Of a stretch of DNA of 64,000 nucleotides, positions 54,278 to 63,087 are shown piece after piece. How positions within the stretch are numbered: the first letter of the stretch is position 1; every line of letters begins with the position of its first letter. A model generated the notes under the pieces. That model worked only from the letters and a program-made list of their open reading frames with translations. It was not told the origin of the DNA and did no database searches. The position numbers and the translations under genes were made by a program. The DNA comes from a virus, in IMG/VR virus record IMGVR_UViG_3300020171_000001, positions 1-64,000 of that record; one strand, given 5' to 3'.

Positions 54278-54678
54278 CCATGCGGCCCCTCACGAAAATC
54301 CAGACGGACGCGCTATTGTCGTTGGCCGGCCACGATGTGTTCAGCGCGGCGATCCCACTGGCCGCGCATCGGGCGCTGGCAAAGCGTGGCCTGGTCGAGT
54401 TGCGCGAGCGCAAGTGGTCACCACTCGTCCCGCCCTCGCGGCGGCGACCGACACACGACGCGCGCATCACAGCCGTCGGCCGGGCGCTAGCGCAGTCCAT
54501 CATTGCCGCGCGGCCCGTCGAGTGGCGGCTGTCGGCCTACTGGCACTGCCCGCTATGCGGCCGGCTGCGAGATGCCCGGCTTGTGCCTCTCGCCGGCCCG
54601 GAACGGGAGATAACCTGCCAGTGGTGCGATACCACCTACATGCTGGCCGACGAGCCGGCCGTGACGCCATGGAAATGA
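54274..54678 (+). CDS. hypothetical protein (Zn ribbon)
   Basis: CPLC/CQWC. Confidence 0.6.
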   Translation: MTMRPLTKIQTDALLSLAGHDVFSAAIPLAAHRALAKRGLVELRERKWSPLVPPSRRRPTHDARITAVGRALAQSIIAARPVEWRLSAYWHCPLCGRLRDARLVPLAGPEREITCQWCDTTYMLADEPAVTPWK

Positions 54679-54911
54679 CGCCGCACGACGTGTTCCCGGA
54701 ACTCACGGCCCACGCCCGGGCCACGATCTCCGGGCTGCCCGCCGACTGGCGGGTGTTCCGCGCCGAGGTGCTGGACGACGGGTCCACGCTCGCAGAGGGC
54801 GCGGTGGCCTACGTCGTCACACGCGGCCCGCGCAAGGGCCAGACGACCTGGCGCACGCCGCTGCAGCACCACCGCCGGCTGATGGCGCCTGCGCCCGGGG
54901 GCGGACGATGA
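54675..54911 (+). CDS. hypothetical protein
   Basis: ATGA overlap. Confidence 0.55.
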   Translation: MTPHDVFPELTAHARATISGLPADWRVFRAEVLDDGSTLAEGAVAYVVTRGPRKGQTTWRTPLQHHRRLMAPAPGGGR

Positions 54912-55351
54912 CCGACACCCTCACCCTGCCCGCCCGAGTGCCGCTCCCGGACCACCGGCCCGGGGTCACCCACCACCTCACGATCCAGCACGCCGACGGC
55001 GAGCTGGACCTCTACCTGATTTGCAACACGTACCCGGACGGCCGGCTGGGCGAGGTCTTCGTCAAGGCGGCCAAAGCGGGCTCAAGGGTGCACGCGTACC
55101 TCGACCTGCTAATGCTTACGTTGTCGGTGGCGATCCAAAGCGGCGTGCCGCTCGCGACCCTCACGAGCAAGTACCGCGGCACGCGGTTCCCGCCCGAGGG
55201 CCGCGTGAACAACTACCCGGAGGAGATGGTGCGTGCCGAGCAAGCAACGCTCAACACGGCGCGGCCATACATCCTGGTGTCAAGCCCGGTGGACGCGATA
55301 GCGCGCTATCTGGATTGGATGTTTCCGGACGGCAAGGAGAGAGGACGATGA
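54908..55351 (+). CDS. stand-alone TSCPD domain (class II ribonucleotide reductase C-terminal domain)
   Basis: YPDGRLGEVF..K.GS; SVAIQSGVPL; GTRFPPEG; SPVDAIAR. Confidence 0.85.
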   Translation: MTDTLTLPARVPLPDHRPGVTHHLTIQHADGELDLYLICNTYPDGRLGEVFVKAAKAGSRVHAYLDLLMLTLSVAIQSGVPLATLTSKYRGTRFPPEGRVNNYPEEMVRAEQATLNTARPYILVSSPVDAIARYLDWMFPDGKERGR

Positions 55352-55779
55352 GCGATACCATATATTATTCCACGCGCCCCGACGAGGAGCGCCTCCTGCA
55401 CGAGACCGCAGAAGATGCCGTTGAGGCACTACTGGACGACATGAGCGAGGATGCACTCGCAGCCCTCCCGGACACGGTCCCTGTCTACGGGTGGGTACGG
55501 ACGAGCATCAAGGGACACCTGACACCGGAGGAGACGGTAGACGACATGCTGGAGTATCTCGACGAGGAATATGGAGACCCAGACGGCAACATGACCAATG
55601 AGCGAACACCTGCAATGGTCGAGGCTGCTAAGGCGTTTATCGCGGCCATCGAGGCCGACTATATCCCGTGGACGTGCGAGAGAGGGCCAGTGGAGACATT
55701 CGACATCCGGGAGATGCGGGCGCGGATGCTGAGATCGAACCCACCGGGAAAACCGGATGGTTCGGACGGCAAGGAGTAG
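55348..55779 (+). CDS. acidic hypothetical protein
   Basis: ATGA overlap. Confidence 0.65.
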   Translation: MSDTIYYSTRPDEERLLHETAEDAVEALLDDMSEDALAALPDTVPVYGWVRTSIKGHLTPEETVDDMLEYLDEEYGDPDGNMTNERTPAMVEAAKAFIAAIEADYIPWTCERGPVETFDIREMRARMLRSNPPGKPDGSDGKE

Positions 55780-55782
55780 ACC

Positions 55783-56043
55783 ATGATCAACGAATCCCCC
55801 AAGCAATTCTGGCAACGTTACGGCACCGTAGACTATCTGCGGATCGAGACCCGGCCCCCGCGCAAGCGCCCGAAGAACGACGGACGGTGCCAGGTGATCA
55901 TTGAGTCCACCCCGGACGGCACCCTCGGAGGGCATGACGCACTCGAGGCCATCATCCGGTGCAAGCTGCGGCTGGCGACCGGGGAGCAGGCCCGGCGGTT
56001 CTATGCGGCGCTGAAGGTGTTTGCAGAGGAGTGGGTGCCATGA
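55783..56043 (+). CDS. hypothetical protein
   Basis: RBS AAGGAG. Confidence 0.65.
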   Translation: MINESPKQFWQRYGTVDYLRIETRPPRKRPKNDGRCQVIIESTPDGTLGGHDALEAIIRCKLRLATGEQARRFYAALKVFAEEWVP

Positions 56044-56549
56044 ACATCAACCAGGCGCTGGACGTGTTGAGCGGGTTGTGCCTCGGAGACGCGGGGGCGA
56101 GCAACGCGCTGGCCGTGGTGCGGGCGCGCCTTGATGTGCTTCTTGCCGCGCTCGATGAGCAGCGTGAGATGTCGGCAGATCTGGCCCGTGGGCTGACACT
56201 GGAGATGGAGCGGTCAACGGCACTGAACGGAATCATCCGCAACAACGCATGGAGTTCAAAGACGACAATTGGTCGACTGGAGCATGAGTGCGATAGCCTG
56301 GGTGCTAAGGTCGCCCAGTGGCAACTCGCGTCCGGCCTGGAGCGCGGCGGCGACCCGGACGGCGTGACGCCCGACGCCATGCGAGCATACTGGGAGGAGC
56401 AGGAGCGCGAGCTGGCGCTGTGCAAGGAGGCGCTGCGCGGGCTGTTGCGCATCCTGGACTCGTGCGTGTACTGGCCCGGGGATGGACGCGATATGACCGT
56501 CGAGGACGGGGCCGCGGTGGGGCTGGCGCGGGGGCTGGTGGAGAAATGA
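56040..56549 (+). CDS. coiled-coil hypothetical protein
   Basis: ends LARGLVEK. Confidence 0.65.
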   Translation: MNINQALDVLSGLCLGDAGASNALAVVRARLDVLLAALDEQREMSADLARGLTLEMERSTALNGIIRNNAWSSKTTIGRLEHECDSLGAKVAQWQLASGLERGGDPDGVTPDAMRAYWEEQERELALCKEALRGLLRILDSCVYWPGDGRDMTVEDGAAVGLARGLVEK

Positions 56550-56893
56550 CGAGCGACGACAAGTGCAGGCACGGCAAGCCTCTAAACGCCGACTGTGGAC
56601 TCTGCGATCTTGGCCCGGACCCACGCGAGATGCGCCAGCTAAACACCCTCAGCAAGAGCGACTTCAAGAACCTCGGGTGCGAGGACGTGTCCGGCGCCCA
56701 GCTCCGCGCACGGGTGTTCGACCTGGAGGGGCTGGCATCCGAGCTGGCGCTGACCCTGGAGGAGTGCAAGCGGCTGGCGCGCTGGGTCGGTGAGCCTGGG
56801 GTTGGGTCTACGATTCACAGGAGAGAGTTCGCCAAGATGTCGATGACACGCATAGACGAGGTGCTGGAGAGCGCAAGGGAGAAGCTGAAATGA
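56546..56893 (+). CDS. hypothetical protein
   Basis: ATGA overlap. Confidence 0.6.
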   Translation: MTSDDKCRHGKPLNADCGLCDLGPDPREMRQLNTLSKSDFKNLGCEDVSGAQLRARVFDLEGLASELALTLEECKRLARWVGEPGVGSTIHRREFAKMSMTRIDEVLESAREKLK

Positions 56894-57162
56894 CCGACGA
56901 CAACTGGACCGGATCCTGGTGCCCGCAGTGCGGCCCCGACGTAAAGGTTGATGAGGACGGGTGCTGCGTCCACTGCGGCTGCGATTGCACGGGGGAGGGC
57001 GCAGAGCTGGCGCTGAGACATGCCCGGCACATCCATCTACTTCACGAGGCGATCCGCGGGCTGCTCGGGATGGTACCCGAGGCCGTTGACACAACTGATT
57101 GCGAGGACCGCGTCAACAAGGCGTGCATCATCGAGCTGGCGCGGGAACTGGTGGAGAAATGA
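56890..57162 (+). CDS. Zn-ribbon hypothetical protein
   Basis: CPQCG..DEDGCCVHCG; ends LARELVEK. Confidence 0.7.
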   Translation: MTDDNWTGSWCPQCGPDVKVDEDGCCVHCGCDCTGEGAELALRHARHIHLLHEAIRGLLGMVPEAVDTTDCEDRVNKACIIELARELVEK

Positions 57163-57512
57163 TGAAACATGGATGCCGCTGTCAAAGGTGCGGAAATCTA
57201 TACACCGTGGATGTACTGATAGCAGATGCACTGTGGGAGAGAATCAGATTGCGAGGACCTTCTGCGGGGTCTGGGCTTTTATGCGGCCCTTGCATCATGT
57301 CCAGGATTGAGGATCTGGCTGAGTTCGCGGCGTATAGACTGGACCCAATTGTAGATAAGCATGCAATCGACATCGACCTCGGCTCGGTCGCCATTGGACC
57401 TGGCCCTCGGCCTTCAACTATCTGGCTCATGAAGCCGGATGGCGAGGGCGGGGAATATCCCATGGATGATTTCGCCGCGCATGTCCTGGCGTTTGTCAAG
57501 GAGAGGTTCTGA
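57159..57512 (+). CDS. Zn-binding hypothetical protein
   Basis: CQRCG...LLCGPCI. Confidence 0.65.
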   Translation: MMKHGCRCQRCGNLYTVDVLIADALWERIRLRGPSAGSGLLCGPCIMSRIEDLAEFAAYRLDPIVDKHAIDIDLGSVAIGPGPRPSTIWLMKPDGEGGEYPMDDFAAHVLAFVKERF

Positions 57513-57778
57513 TGGGCAAACAGGACGAAGCTATTTTCCTGCTCGCGTTCTCGCTGGCCGAGTGCGTGTCCCTGCTGAAAAGGCAAGGGCGCCACAGGTA
57601 TCAAGGTGGCTGGCAACGGACGCCGCAGGACGACCCCAACGCCTGCCCTGCCGCATGGGATAGCCGGTACGATGCAGAGAAGGATGACTATGTCCCCGGC
57701 CACTGCGACTGCGGACTTAATGCCGCCATTGACAAGGCCGAGGCGTTGCTGGCCACGGCAGACCGAGAGCAGTCATGA
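57512..57778 (+). CDS. hypothetical protein
   Basis: coupled; CDCG. Confidence 0.6.
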   Translation: MGKQDEAIFLLAFSLAECVSLLKRQGRHRYQGGWQRTPQDDPNACPAAWDSRYDAEKDDYVPGHCDCGLNAAIDKAEALLATADREQS

Positions 57779-58044
57779 CCTGCCCCGTCTGCCGTGGCAC
57801 CGGCGACGACCCCGCCGGCTGGCCTGACACCGTACAGCGACCCACGCCGGAGGCGGTGTGGCGGTGCTGGTGCTGCGCCGGATCTGGCGAGCTGCCCGAG
57901 GGTGCGCAGTGGGACCCCGATTGCGGTAAGTTGTCGAGGCTCCGTCGCATTGCAGCCCGCATTACGCTTCGAGCCCAGGCGCGGAACCTGGGTATCACGA
58001 TGGCCCGGCTCTCCGAGCAGGAGCGCGGGCTTTGGAGGAGATGA
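57775..58044 (+). CDS. Zn-finger protein (CxxCxGxG x2)
   Basis: CPVCRGTG...CWCCAGSG. Confidence 0.65.
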   Translation: MTCPVCRGTGDDPAGWPDTVQRPTPEAVWRCWCCAGSGELPEGAQWDPDCGKLSRLRRIAARITLRAQARNLGITMARLSEQERGLWRR

Positions 58045-58574
58045 TGAGAACTGCGGGTCTTCCTGGAATGCTCCCGGAGCCGCGTAAGTATTGGTGGTCA
58101 CGCGCTTCGCTGAGCGATTGCGGGAACTATCGCTACGGGCTTGTTCGCATCTGGCGCAATGGCGATCCGCTCGTAACGTGGTGCATGCTCAATCCGAGCA
58201 AGGCAGATGCAGAGATGGACGACGCTACGATTCGCAAGTGTGTTGGGTTCTCACGGCGTTGGAACTTCGGCGGCATTCAGGCGATCAACCTGTTTGGCTT
58301 GCGAGCCACGGACCCCACGGAGTTGCTGGTCCCGGGGCGTGACATCCAGGGGTTGAACCTAGCCGCGCTCGCGGGGTTTTCGGGGCGCCGGCTCGTCGTT
58401 GCATGGGGATCGCATGCAACGAAAGTGCCCGGATACGACAAGGCTCTAGCAGCGCTGCTCGATGGAGTGGACCTCGGCAACGTGTGGTGTCTCGGCACCA
58501 CTAAGTCAGGCCAGCCTCGGCACCCGTGCCGTCTTGGATACGACACCGAGCTTGCTCGATGGAGGAGAGGATGA
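58041..58574 (+). CDS. DUF1643 family protein
   Basis: SDCGNYRY.L.R.W; MLNPSKAD..DDATIRKC; NLF.LRATDP; VVAWG; G.TK.G.PRHP. Confidence 0.9.
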   Translation: MMRTAGLPGMLPEPRKYWWSRASLSDCGNYRYGLVRIWRNGDPLVTWCMLNPSKADAEMDDATIRKCVGFSRRWNFGGIQAINLFGLRATDPTELLVPGRDIQGLNLAALAGFSGRRLVVAWGSHATKVPGYDKALAALLDGVDLGNVWCLGTTKSGQPRHPCRLGYDTELARWRRG

Positions 58575-59098
58575 ACTACCCCGACGACGACCACGAGACC
58601 TACGAGGAGTACCTGGATCGCCAGGAGGAGCACGAGCAGGCGCAAGAACTGCGCTGGACTTGCCAGTTCCCGGGAAGGTGCGTCGTGCCCGACGAGCACA
58701 TGGCGTGCGAGTGCGCGACGGCTGAGATGATGGATGAGCACAGCCGGGATGCAGCCCACAACACCTGCCTCTGGCTGGACAACACCGAGTTGCTTTCGGC
58801 GGCTGACTGCCTCGACGACCTGGCGGTTGCCTGCGACGACGAGGGCGTGCCTGACGCGGCAGATGCCGCCAGGGGCACCGCGGATGCCATGAGGCGCATC
58901 GCAGACGCCGCCGAGAGGGGCGCGCCGCAGAACATCGGCGTGCTGACGCTGCCGTGCATCACGGTGACGGTGCGGGCCACGACGTCGCTGGAGGGGTCGC
59001 GGGCGCGGCTCTGCTTCGCCCGCATCGAGGACTGGAACTGCAACCTGCCCGCTGGGCACGACGGGCCGCACCAGCAGCCGGGAGGATGTGCGCCATGA
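58571..59098 (+). CDS. hypothetical protein
   Basis: ATGA overlap; ends CNLPAGHDGPH. Confidence 0.6.
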   Translation: MNYPDDDHETYEEYLDRQEEHEQAQELRWTCQFPGRCVVPDEHMACECATAEMMDEHSRDAAHNTCLWLDNTELLSAADCLDDLAVACDDEGVPDAADAARGTADAMRRIADAAERGAPQNIGVLTLPCITVTVRATTSLEGSRARLCFARIEDWNCNLPAGHDGPHQQPGGCAP

Positions 59099-59418
59099 GC
59101 ACCGATGTAGGGATCAAAACCATCTCCGAGATCGTCGGCGCTTGCCAAGAGCTTGAGCCGGTGAGCGAACATGACCTGCGCCTAGCCGTACTGGCAATCT
59201 ACTACCGGCTTCAGAACGTCTGCTACGCCGAGCCGAAGAGCTTGGCCACGGGGCTGTGTGAGATGCCGCAGGAACGATACGACGCCTGGCGGAAGTTCAT
59301 GAATGCCACTCCGGCCAAGTGGCTCGGAGACGGATGGACTCCGGGGACCGAGGAGAACATGACGCGCCGCCGCGTTGCGAAGGCCATCTTCGAGAAGGCC
59401 ACAGTGGAGAAGCCATGA
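59095..59418 (+). CDS. hypothetical protein
   Basis: ATGA overlap. Confidence 0.65.
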   Translation: MSTDVGIKTISEIVGACQELEPVSEHDLRLAVLAIYYRLQNVCYAEPKSLATGLCEMPQERYDAWRKFMNATPAKWLGDGWTPGTEENMTRRRVAKAIFEKATVEKP

Positions 59419-59609
59419 GCAAGTCACGAGAGATAGCCACCTGCGAGAGGGACGCCATCGTGGCGTTCCTGCGGCAGAAGGCGAAGGGGATAGAGCAGCA
59501 GATCGAAGATGACCCCGGCGGCCCTGTCAAGAATTCGTCTCGGCGGATTACCGCCGAAGCGCTGAAGGCGGCGGCGGCTGCCATCGAGAAAGAGGTGCAC
59601 TGGCGATGA
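59415..59609 (+). CDS. hypothetical protein
   Basis: ERDAIVAFLR. Confidence 0.6.
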   Translation: MSKSREIATCERDAIVAFLRQKAKGIEQQIEDDPGGPVKNSSRRITAEALKAAAAAIEKEVHWR

Positions 59610-59875
59610 GCACCCCACCCGGGCGGCCAACCGCCTACCAGGTCAGGCTCATGCGGCACGCTTGCGGCATGGACTCCCGCGACCCCTACTATCAAGACTA
59701 CTTCGCAGCCGAGCCGGGCTTCGAGGACGATGAGCACTGGGGCGACCTAGTACGTAAGGGCCTGGCCGATGTGCGCCGGGAGCCGTGCGACTACAGCCCA
59801 TATCGTATCTACGGTGTGACGCCGGCGGGCAAGGAACTGATCGGCCACCACAACCAGGAGGAGTGCTTCAAATGA
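59606..59875 (+). CDS. hypothetical protein
   Basis: MRHACG...LVRKGLA...VTPAG. Confidence 0.65.
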   Translation: MSTPPGRPTAYQVRLMRHACGMDSRDPYYQDYFAAEPGFEDDEHWGDLVRKGLADVRREPCDYSPYRIYGVTPAGKELIGHHNQEECFK

Positions 59876-60078
59876 AACAAGGCGACGCCAACGCTCTAAG
59901 GATGTGCTTGTGCTGCGGAGCATGGGGGGCGGGGCTGTATCGGCTGTCCGGCGGTCGCGCAGTTCGTATCTGCCAAGAGTGCGCGAGAAACTGCCATGGG
60001 TGCAGGAACTGGCTGAATATGTCGACGGAGCGCAAGCCCATCGGGCGCGAGGTTGAGTGGGGTATCTGCGATGAGTAA
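59872..60078 (+). CDS. Cys-rich hypothetical protein
   Basis: ATGA overlap. Confidence 0.5.
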   Translation: MKQGDANALRMCLCCGAWGAGLYRLSGGRAVRICQECARNCHGCRNWLNMSTERKPIGREVEWGICDE

Positions 60079-60322
60079 GTGCATCTGCCCAACCCCCGAT
60101 TCAATCGAGTGCTTCAATCTGAGATATGGCCGGAGTGACTTCTGCGAGGAGTGCCACTGCGCCTGTCACGATGGTTGCCCCGTGTGCGGCGGGACGGGCG
60201 AATACGACCCAGGGCGTTCGTCTGTGGACGATACAGGGTGGATGATGGACTGCGAGGAGTGCATAGGAACGGGGGTCCTTTGGGGGATTGAGCACAAGCA
60301 AAACACGGAGGAGAAATCATGA
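60071..60322 (+). CDS. Cys-rich Zn-finger protein
   Basis: CPVCGGTG...CEECIGTG. Confidence 0.6.
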   Translation: MSKCICPTPDSIECFNLRYGRSDFCEECHCACHDGCPVCGGTGEYDPGRSSVDDTGWMMDCEECIGTGVLWGIEHKQNTEEKS

Positions 60323-61014
60323 GCACCACACCCACGTACCACACCGGTGGCTCAACCTACAGCGTGCCCACCGCCGCGCAGGGCGATGACCGCGTCTACG
60401 GCACCTTCCGCAACTGCGCCGTCCTCGGCCACTGGTGTACTATCCACGTCGATCGGCTGCCCGACGGCGACCCGCAGGTCGCGGACATGCTCGGCTTCGG
60501 GGGCGTGTTCACGCGGGGCGGCGTGGCCATCCATATCAGCGGAAAAGACGACTACGGAGCCAAGACCGGCCCGGGGTTCATCCGCGCCATCGGGCTCTAC
60601 CGCGTGGAGTGGATCGGGGCTGGAGACCACGCGGCCGGCCTCGGCTGCTACAAGCCGGAGCCGGCGGTCATCGCGTCGTGGGACTCCGGGCCGGCGGGGA
60701 ACGGGCACCGCAGCAATATCTGGCAGCATCACGCGTTCTTCGGCGGGGCCAGCCACTTCGTCGCGCTGAAGGGCGTCTATCGGTGGTGGCAGGTGCACCG
60801 CCGGGGGTTCGGCGCACAGGACGTGTGCGAGGCCATCGACAATGTGCGCGGGCACAAGCGGGGCGACACCGGTTCTGTCCAGGATCGGCAGCACATCTCG
60901 GCGGTCCGCCGGCTCCTGGATGGGTGCGTCAACGTCCAATCTGTGGCCACGCCGCTGGGCGCGATGCTGGTCCGCGTCGGGCGGTGGACGTATGCGTTCG
61001 AGGAGCAGCCCTAG
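60319..61014 (+). CDS. hypothetical protein
   Basis: RBS GGAGGAG; last plus-strand gene. Confidence 0.7.
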   Translation: MSTTPTYHTGGSTYSVPTAAQGDDRVYGTFRNCAVLGHWCTIHVDRLPDGDPQVADMLGFGGVFTRGGVAIHISGKDDYGAKTGPGFIRAIGLYRVEWIGAGDHAAGLGCYKPEPAVIASWDSGPAGNGHRSNIWQHHAFFGGASHFVALKGVYRWWQVHRRGFGAQDVCEAIDNVRGHKRGDTGSVQDRQHISAVRRLLDGCVNVQSVATPLGAMLVRVGRWTYAFEEQP

Positions 61015-61706
61015 CCCGCCTCGCAGACACCCCACCCTGCCCCCGCCGCCGCCCACAGAAACCGCCGCCACGCGGGCAGGTGTGCGAGCCCTAGCCCGGA
61101 GTCGTCCACCTGCTCCAGGATGTGCGTCGCCGCCGCCGCGGTGAGCGGGCCGAACACGCCATCAAGCACCAGGCGCTCGCCCCACAGCTCCACAAGCGCG
61201 GCCTGCACGAACAGCACGCGCGACCGGGACCGCACGTCGAACCCGACGTCCGAGCCGAGGTCGCAGTGCCAGTGGTCGCGGTGCGCCCGGTTGTACTCCC
61301 AGCCGAGGACCGTCCCGAACTCCATCCTCAGGCACGCCTCGACACCGAGGTATCGCCGCATGTCGCCGCGACTGTGCAGCGTCACCACAGCCGGGATGGC
61401 CGACCGATCCCACCACAGCGAATCGATATCCACTGCCACGCCTTGCCGGTGCCGGTCGTCAGGCGCCCGGGGCGAGCCGTCCGGCCGGCGGTCTGCCTGA
61501 CACCCGGCAGTCACGAGGTGCGTCGGGCGGCCGGCGGGGCAGACCTCCCCGATGGCCGTCAACGCACGGTCCAGCGCAGTGCACATCTCAGGCGTGGATC
61601 GAACCCGGCGCGACCTGTGGCCCATCGAACCGTAGACTCCCACGGGCTCGCGGGCGTAGCGCAGGTCCGTGGCGCCGACGGCGGTATAGCTGACAAGGTC
61701 TGACAT
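61011..61706 (-). CDS. extensin-like/M15-type Zn peptidase with peptidoglycan-binding domain (endolysin candidate)
   Basis: RH..G.AVDID; YNRAHRDHWHCD; VQAAL...DGVFGPLT. Confidence 0.8.
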   Translation of the reverse strand: MSDLVSYTAVGATDLRYAREPVGVYGSMGHRSRRVRSTPEMCTALDRALTAIGEVCPAGRPTHLVTAGCQADRRPDGSPRAPDDRHRQGVAVDIDSLWWDRSAIPAVVTLHSRGDMRRYLGVEACLRMEFGTVLGWEYNRAHRDHWHCDLGSDVGFDVRSRSRVLFVQAALVELWGERLVLDGVFGPLTAAAATHILEQVDDSGLGLAHLPAWRRFLWAAAGAGWGVCEAG

Positions 61707-61716
61707 GGGTGGCCTC

Positions 61717-61932
61717 CTAGTCGTGGATGCGGCCGAGCAGCTCGCCGGCCCGCAGCCGCGCCTGCGCCGCCAGCTCGAGCCAGAGTGGGGCGTGGTCTTC
61801 GCGGTCGCGCTCGGCTACGATCTCCGCGTCGATGGCGTCGAGCAACTTGGCGGCGAGGGCACGCAGCGCCATGGCGCGGTCTTCAGGCGCGTTGAATTCG
61901 GATAGGATGGCGGCGATATTGTCGTCATGCAC
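61717..61932 (-). CDS. hypothetical protein
   Basis: 71 aa. Confidence 0.55.
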   Translation of the reverse strand: MHDDNIAAILSEFNAPEDRAMALRALAAKLLDAIDAEIVAERDREDHAPLWLELAAQARLRAGELLGRIHD

Positions 61933-62500
61933 CGGGCACCTCCTGTGGCGCGAGCAGCGCGCGGCGGATGGCCTGGACCCGCCCGCACCATGTGGCCGAG
62001 CCTGAGTTGTACAGCGCCGCGGGACACCGGCGGCAGGCAGCCGGCGGGGCCGGCGCGGCGCATCGCTCCCGGCTGCGCATGAGCAGGTAGGCGCCCGCCC
62101 GGAGGTTCTCGCCGAGCGGCCGGATCAACCGAACCAGGTGGGGTAGGCAGTCAGGGACGTGGATCTGAGCCACGCCAACGTCGCAGCCACGGCGGCCCCG
62201 GCCGCGGCGCCAACCCATGACGGACGGCCGCCAGCCCGACTCTGCCCCCGCCACGGCCACGAGGAGCCCGCCTGGGAGCCCGTGTGCGCGCTCGGCTGCC
62301 AGGGCCAGGCGTACTACCCGGGCGCAGGTCTGGCGGGCGCAGCGGCGCGCTGGGTGCGCCAGGACCGCACTCACGAGCGCGGCCTCCGTCGGCGCTATTA
62401 AGTGCGGCCGCGCGCTGGCCACGGCAGCCAAACTGCAGACCACGGACACTGCCATAATCACCGCCCACGGCGCCGCATCTGCGCACAGGCAGCGCTGCAA
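61925..62500 (-). CDS. lytic transglycosylase (SLT domain) with N-terminal hydrophobic segment
   Basis: LLVAVAGAESGW, DVGVAQI, NLRAGAYLL, LYNSG; start uncertain. Confidence 0.82.
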   Translation of the reverse strand: MQRCLCADAAPWAVIMAVSVVCSLAAVASARPHLIAPTEAALVSAVLAHPARRCARQTCARVVRLALAAERAHGLPGGLLVAVAGAESGWRPSVMGWRRGRGRRGCDVGVAQIHVPDCLPHLVRLIRPLGENLRAGAYLLMRSRERCAAPAPPAACRRCPAALYNSGSATWCGRVQAIRRALLAPQEVPGA

Positions 62501-62507
62501 CCCGCGT

Positions 62508-62861
62508 CTAGTGCTCTTTGTTAGCACCCAGGACTCCGGCCGCCTGGCGGGCTGCCACGCGGTCCGCCAGCGCCCTCCGCGCAGTGCGGATGGCATCAAG
62601 CGCCCGCTCATTCTCCTCACAAGCGAAAGGGCCCGTCTGGAACGCCGCCATGCGGTGTTCCTCGATGGCGAGCAGGGCGTCATCGAACACGCCAGGCGTG
62701 GCGCCGGGGGCGCCGCGCGCCCCGTGCTGGAACTGCACCTTGCAGACATCATCGGGGCCACCGTACTGGATCGCGTACAGGTGGCAGGCATTGCCCGCCT
62801 TGTGGTCTGGCTCGTCGATCGTTGATACGTTACATGGGGCGTAAACGGCGATGGATTCCAT
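62508..62861 (-). CDS. tad1: Tad1-like immune-signal sponge (anti-Thoeris/CBASS)
   Basis: G.ACHLY; VQFQHGAR; GVFDDALLAI; FQTGPFACEEN; DRVAAR..GVLGANK. Confidence 0.8.
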   Translation of the reverse strand: MESIAVYAPCNVSTIDEPDHKAGNACHLYAIQYGGPDDVCKVQFQHGARGAPGATPGVFDDALLAIEEHRMAAFQTGPFACEENERALDAIRTARRALADRVAARQAAGVLGANKEH

Positions 62862-63087
62862 GGGTTTCTCCTTTGCAGACTTTGTCTCTATAACAAACAA
62901 CACTCTCCGCTGGCACGGCATATTGGGAGGCGCCCCGCCGTGCGGCATCACGCACCGGCTGGCAGTGCCCGGAGCCGGCGAGGGCCAGGAGCACGAGCGC
63001 CACCGCGCAGCCGGTGATCATCAGCATCACGCCGGCACGGGTGAGGCGGTACGACCACGGGGCGGGCGGGATATCGAGCGGGGTCAC
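62830..63087 (-). CDS. small membrane-anchored protein
   Basis: hydrophobic VMLMITGCAVALVLLALAG; GTGA overlap. Confidence 0.5.
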   Translation of the reverse strand: MTPLDIPPAPWSYRLTRAGVMLMITGCAVALVLLALAGSGHCQPVRDAARRGASQYAVPAESVVCYRDKVCKGETHGIHRRLRPM

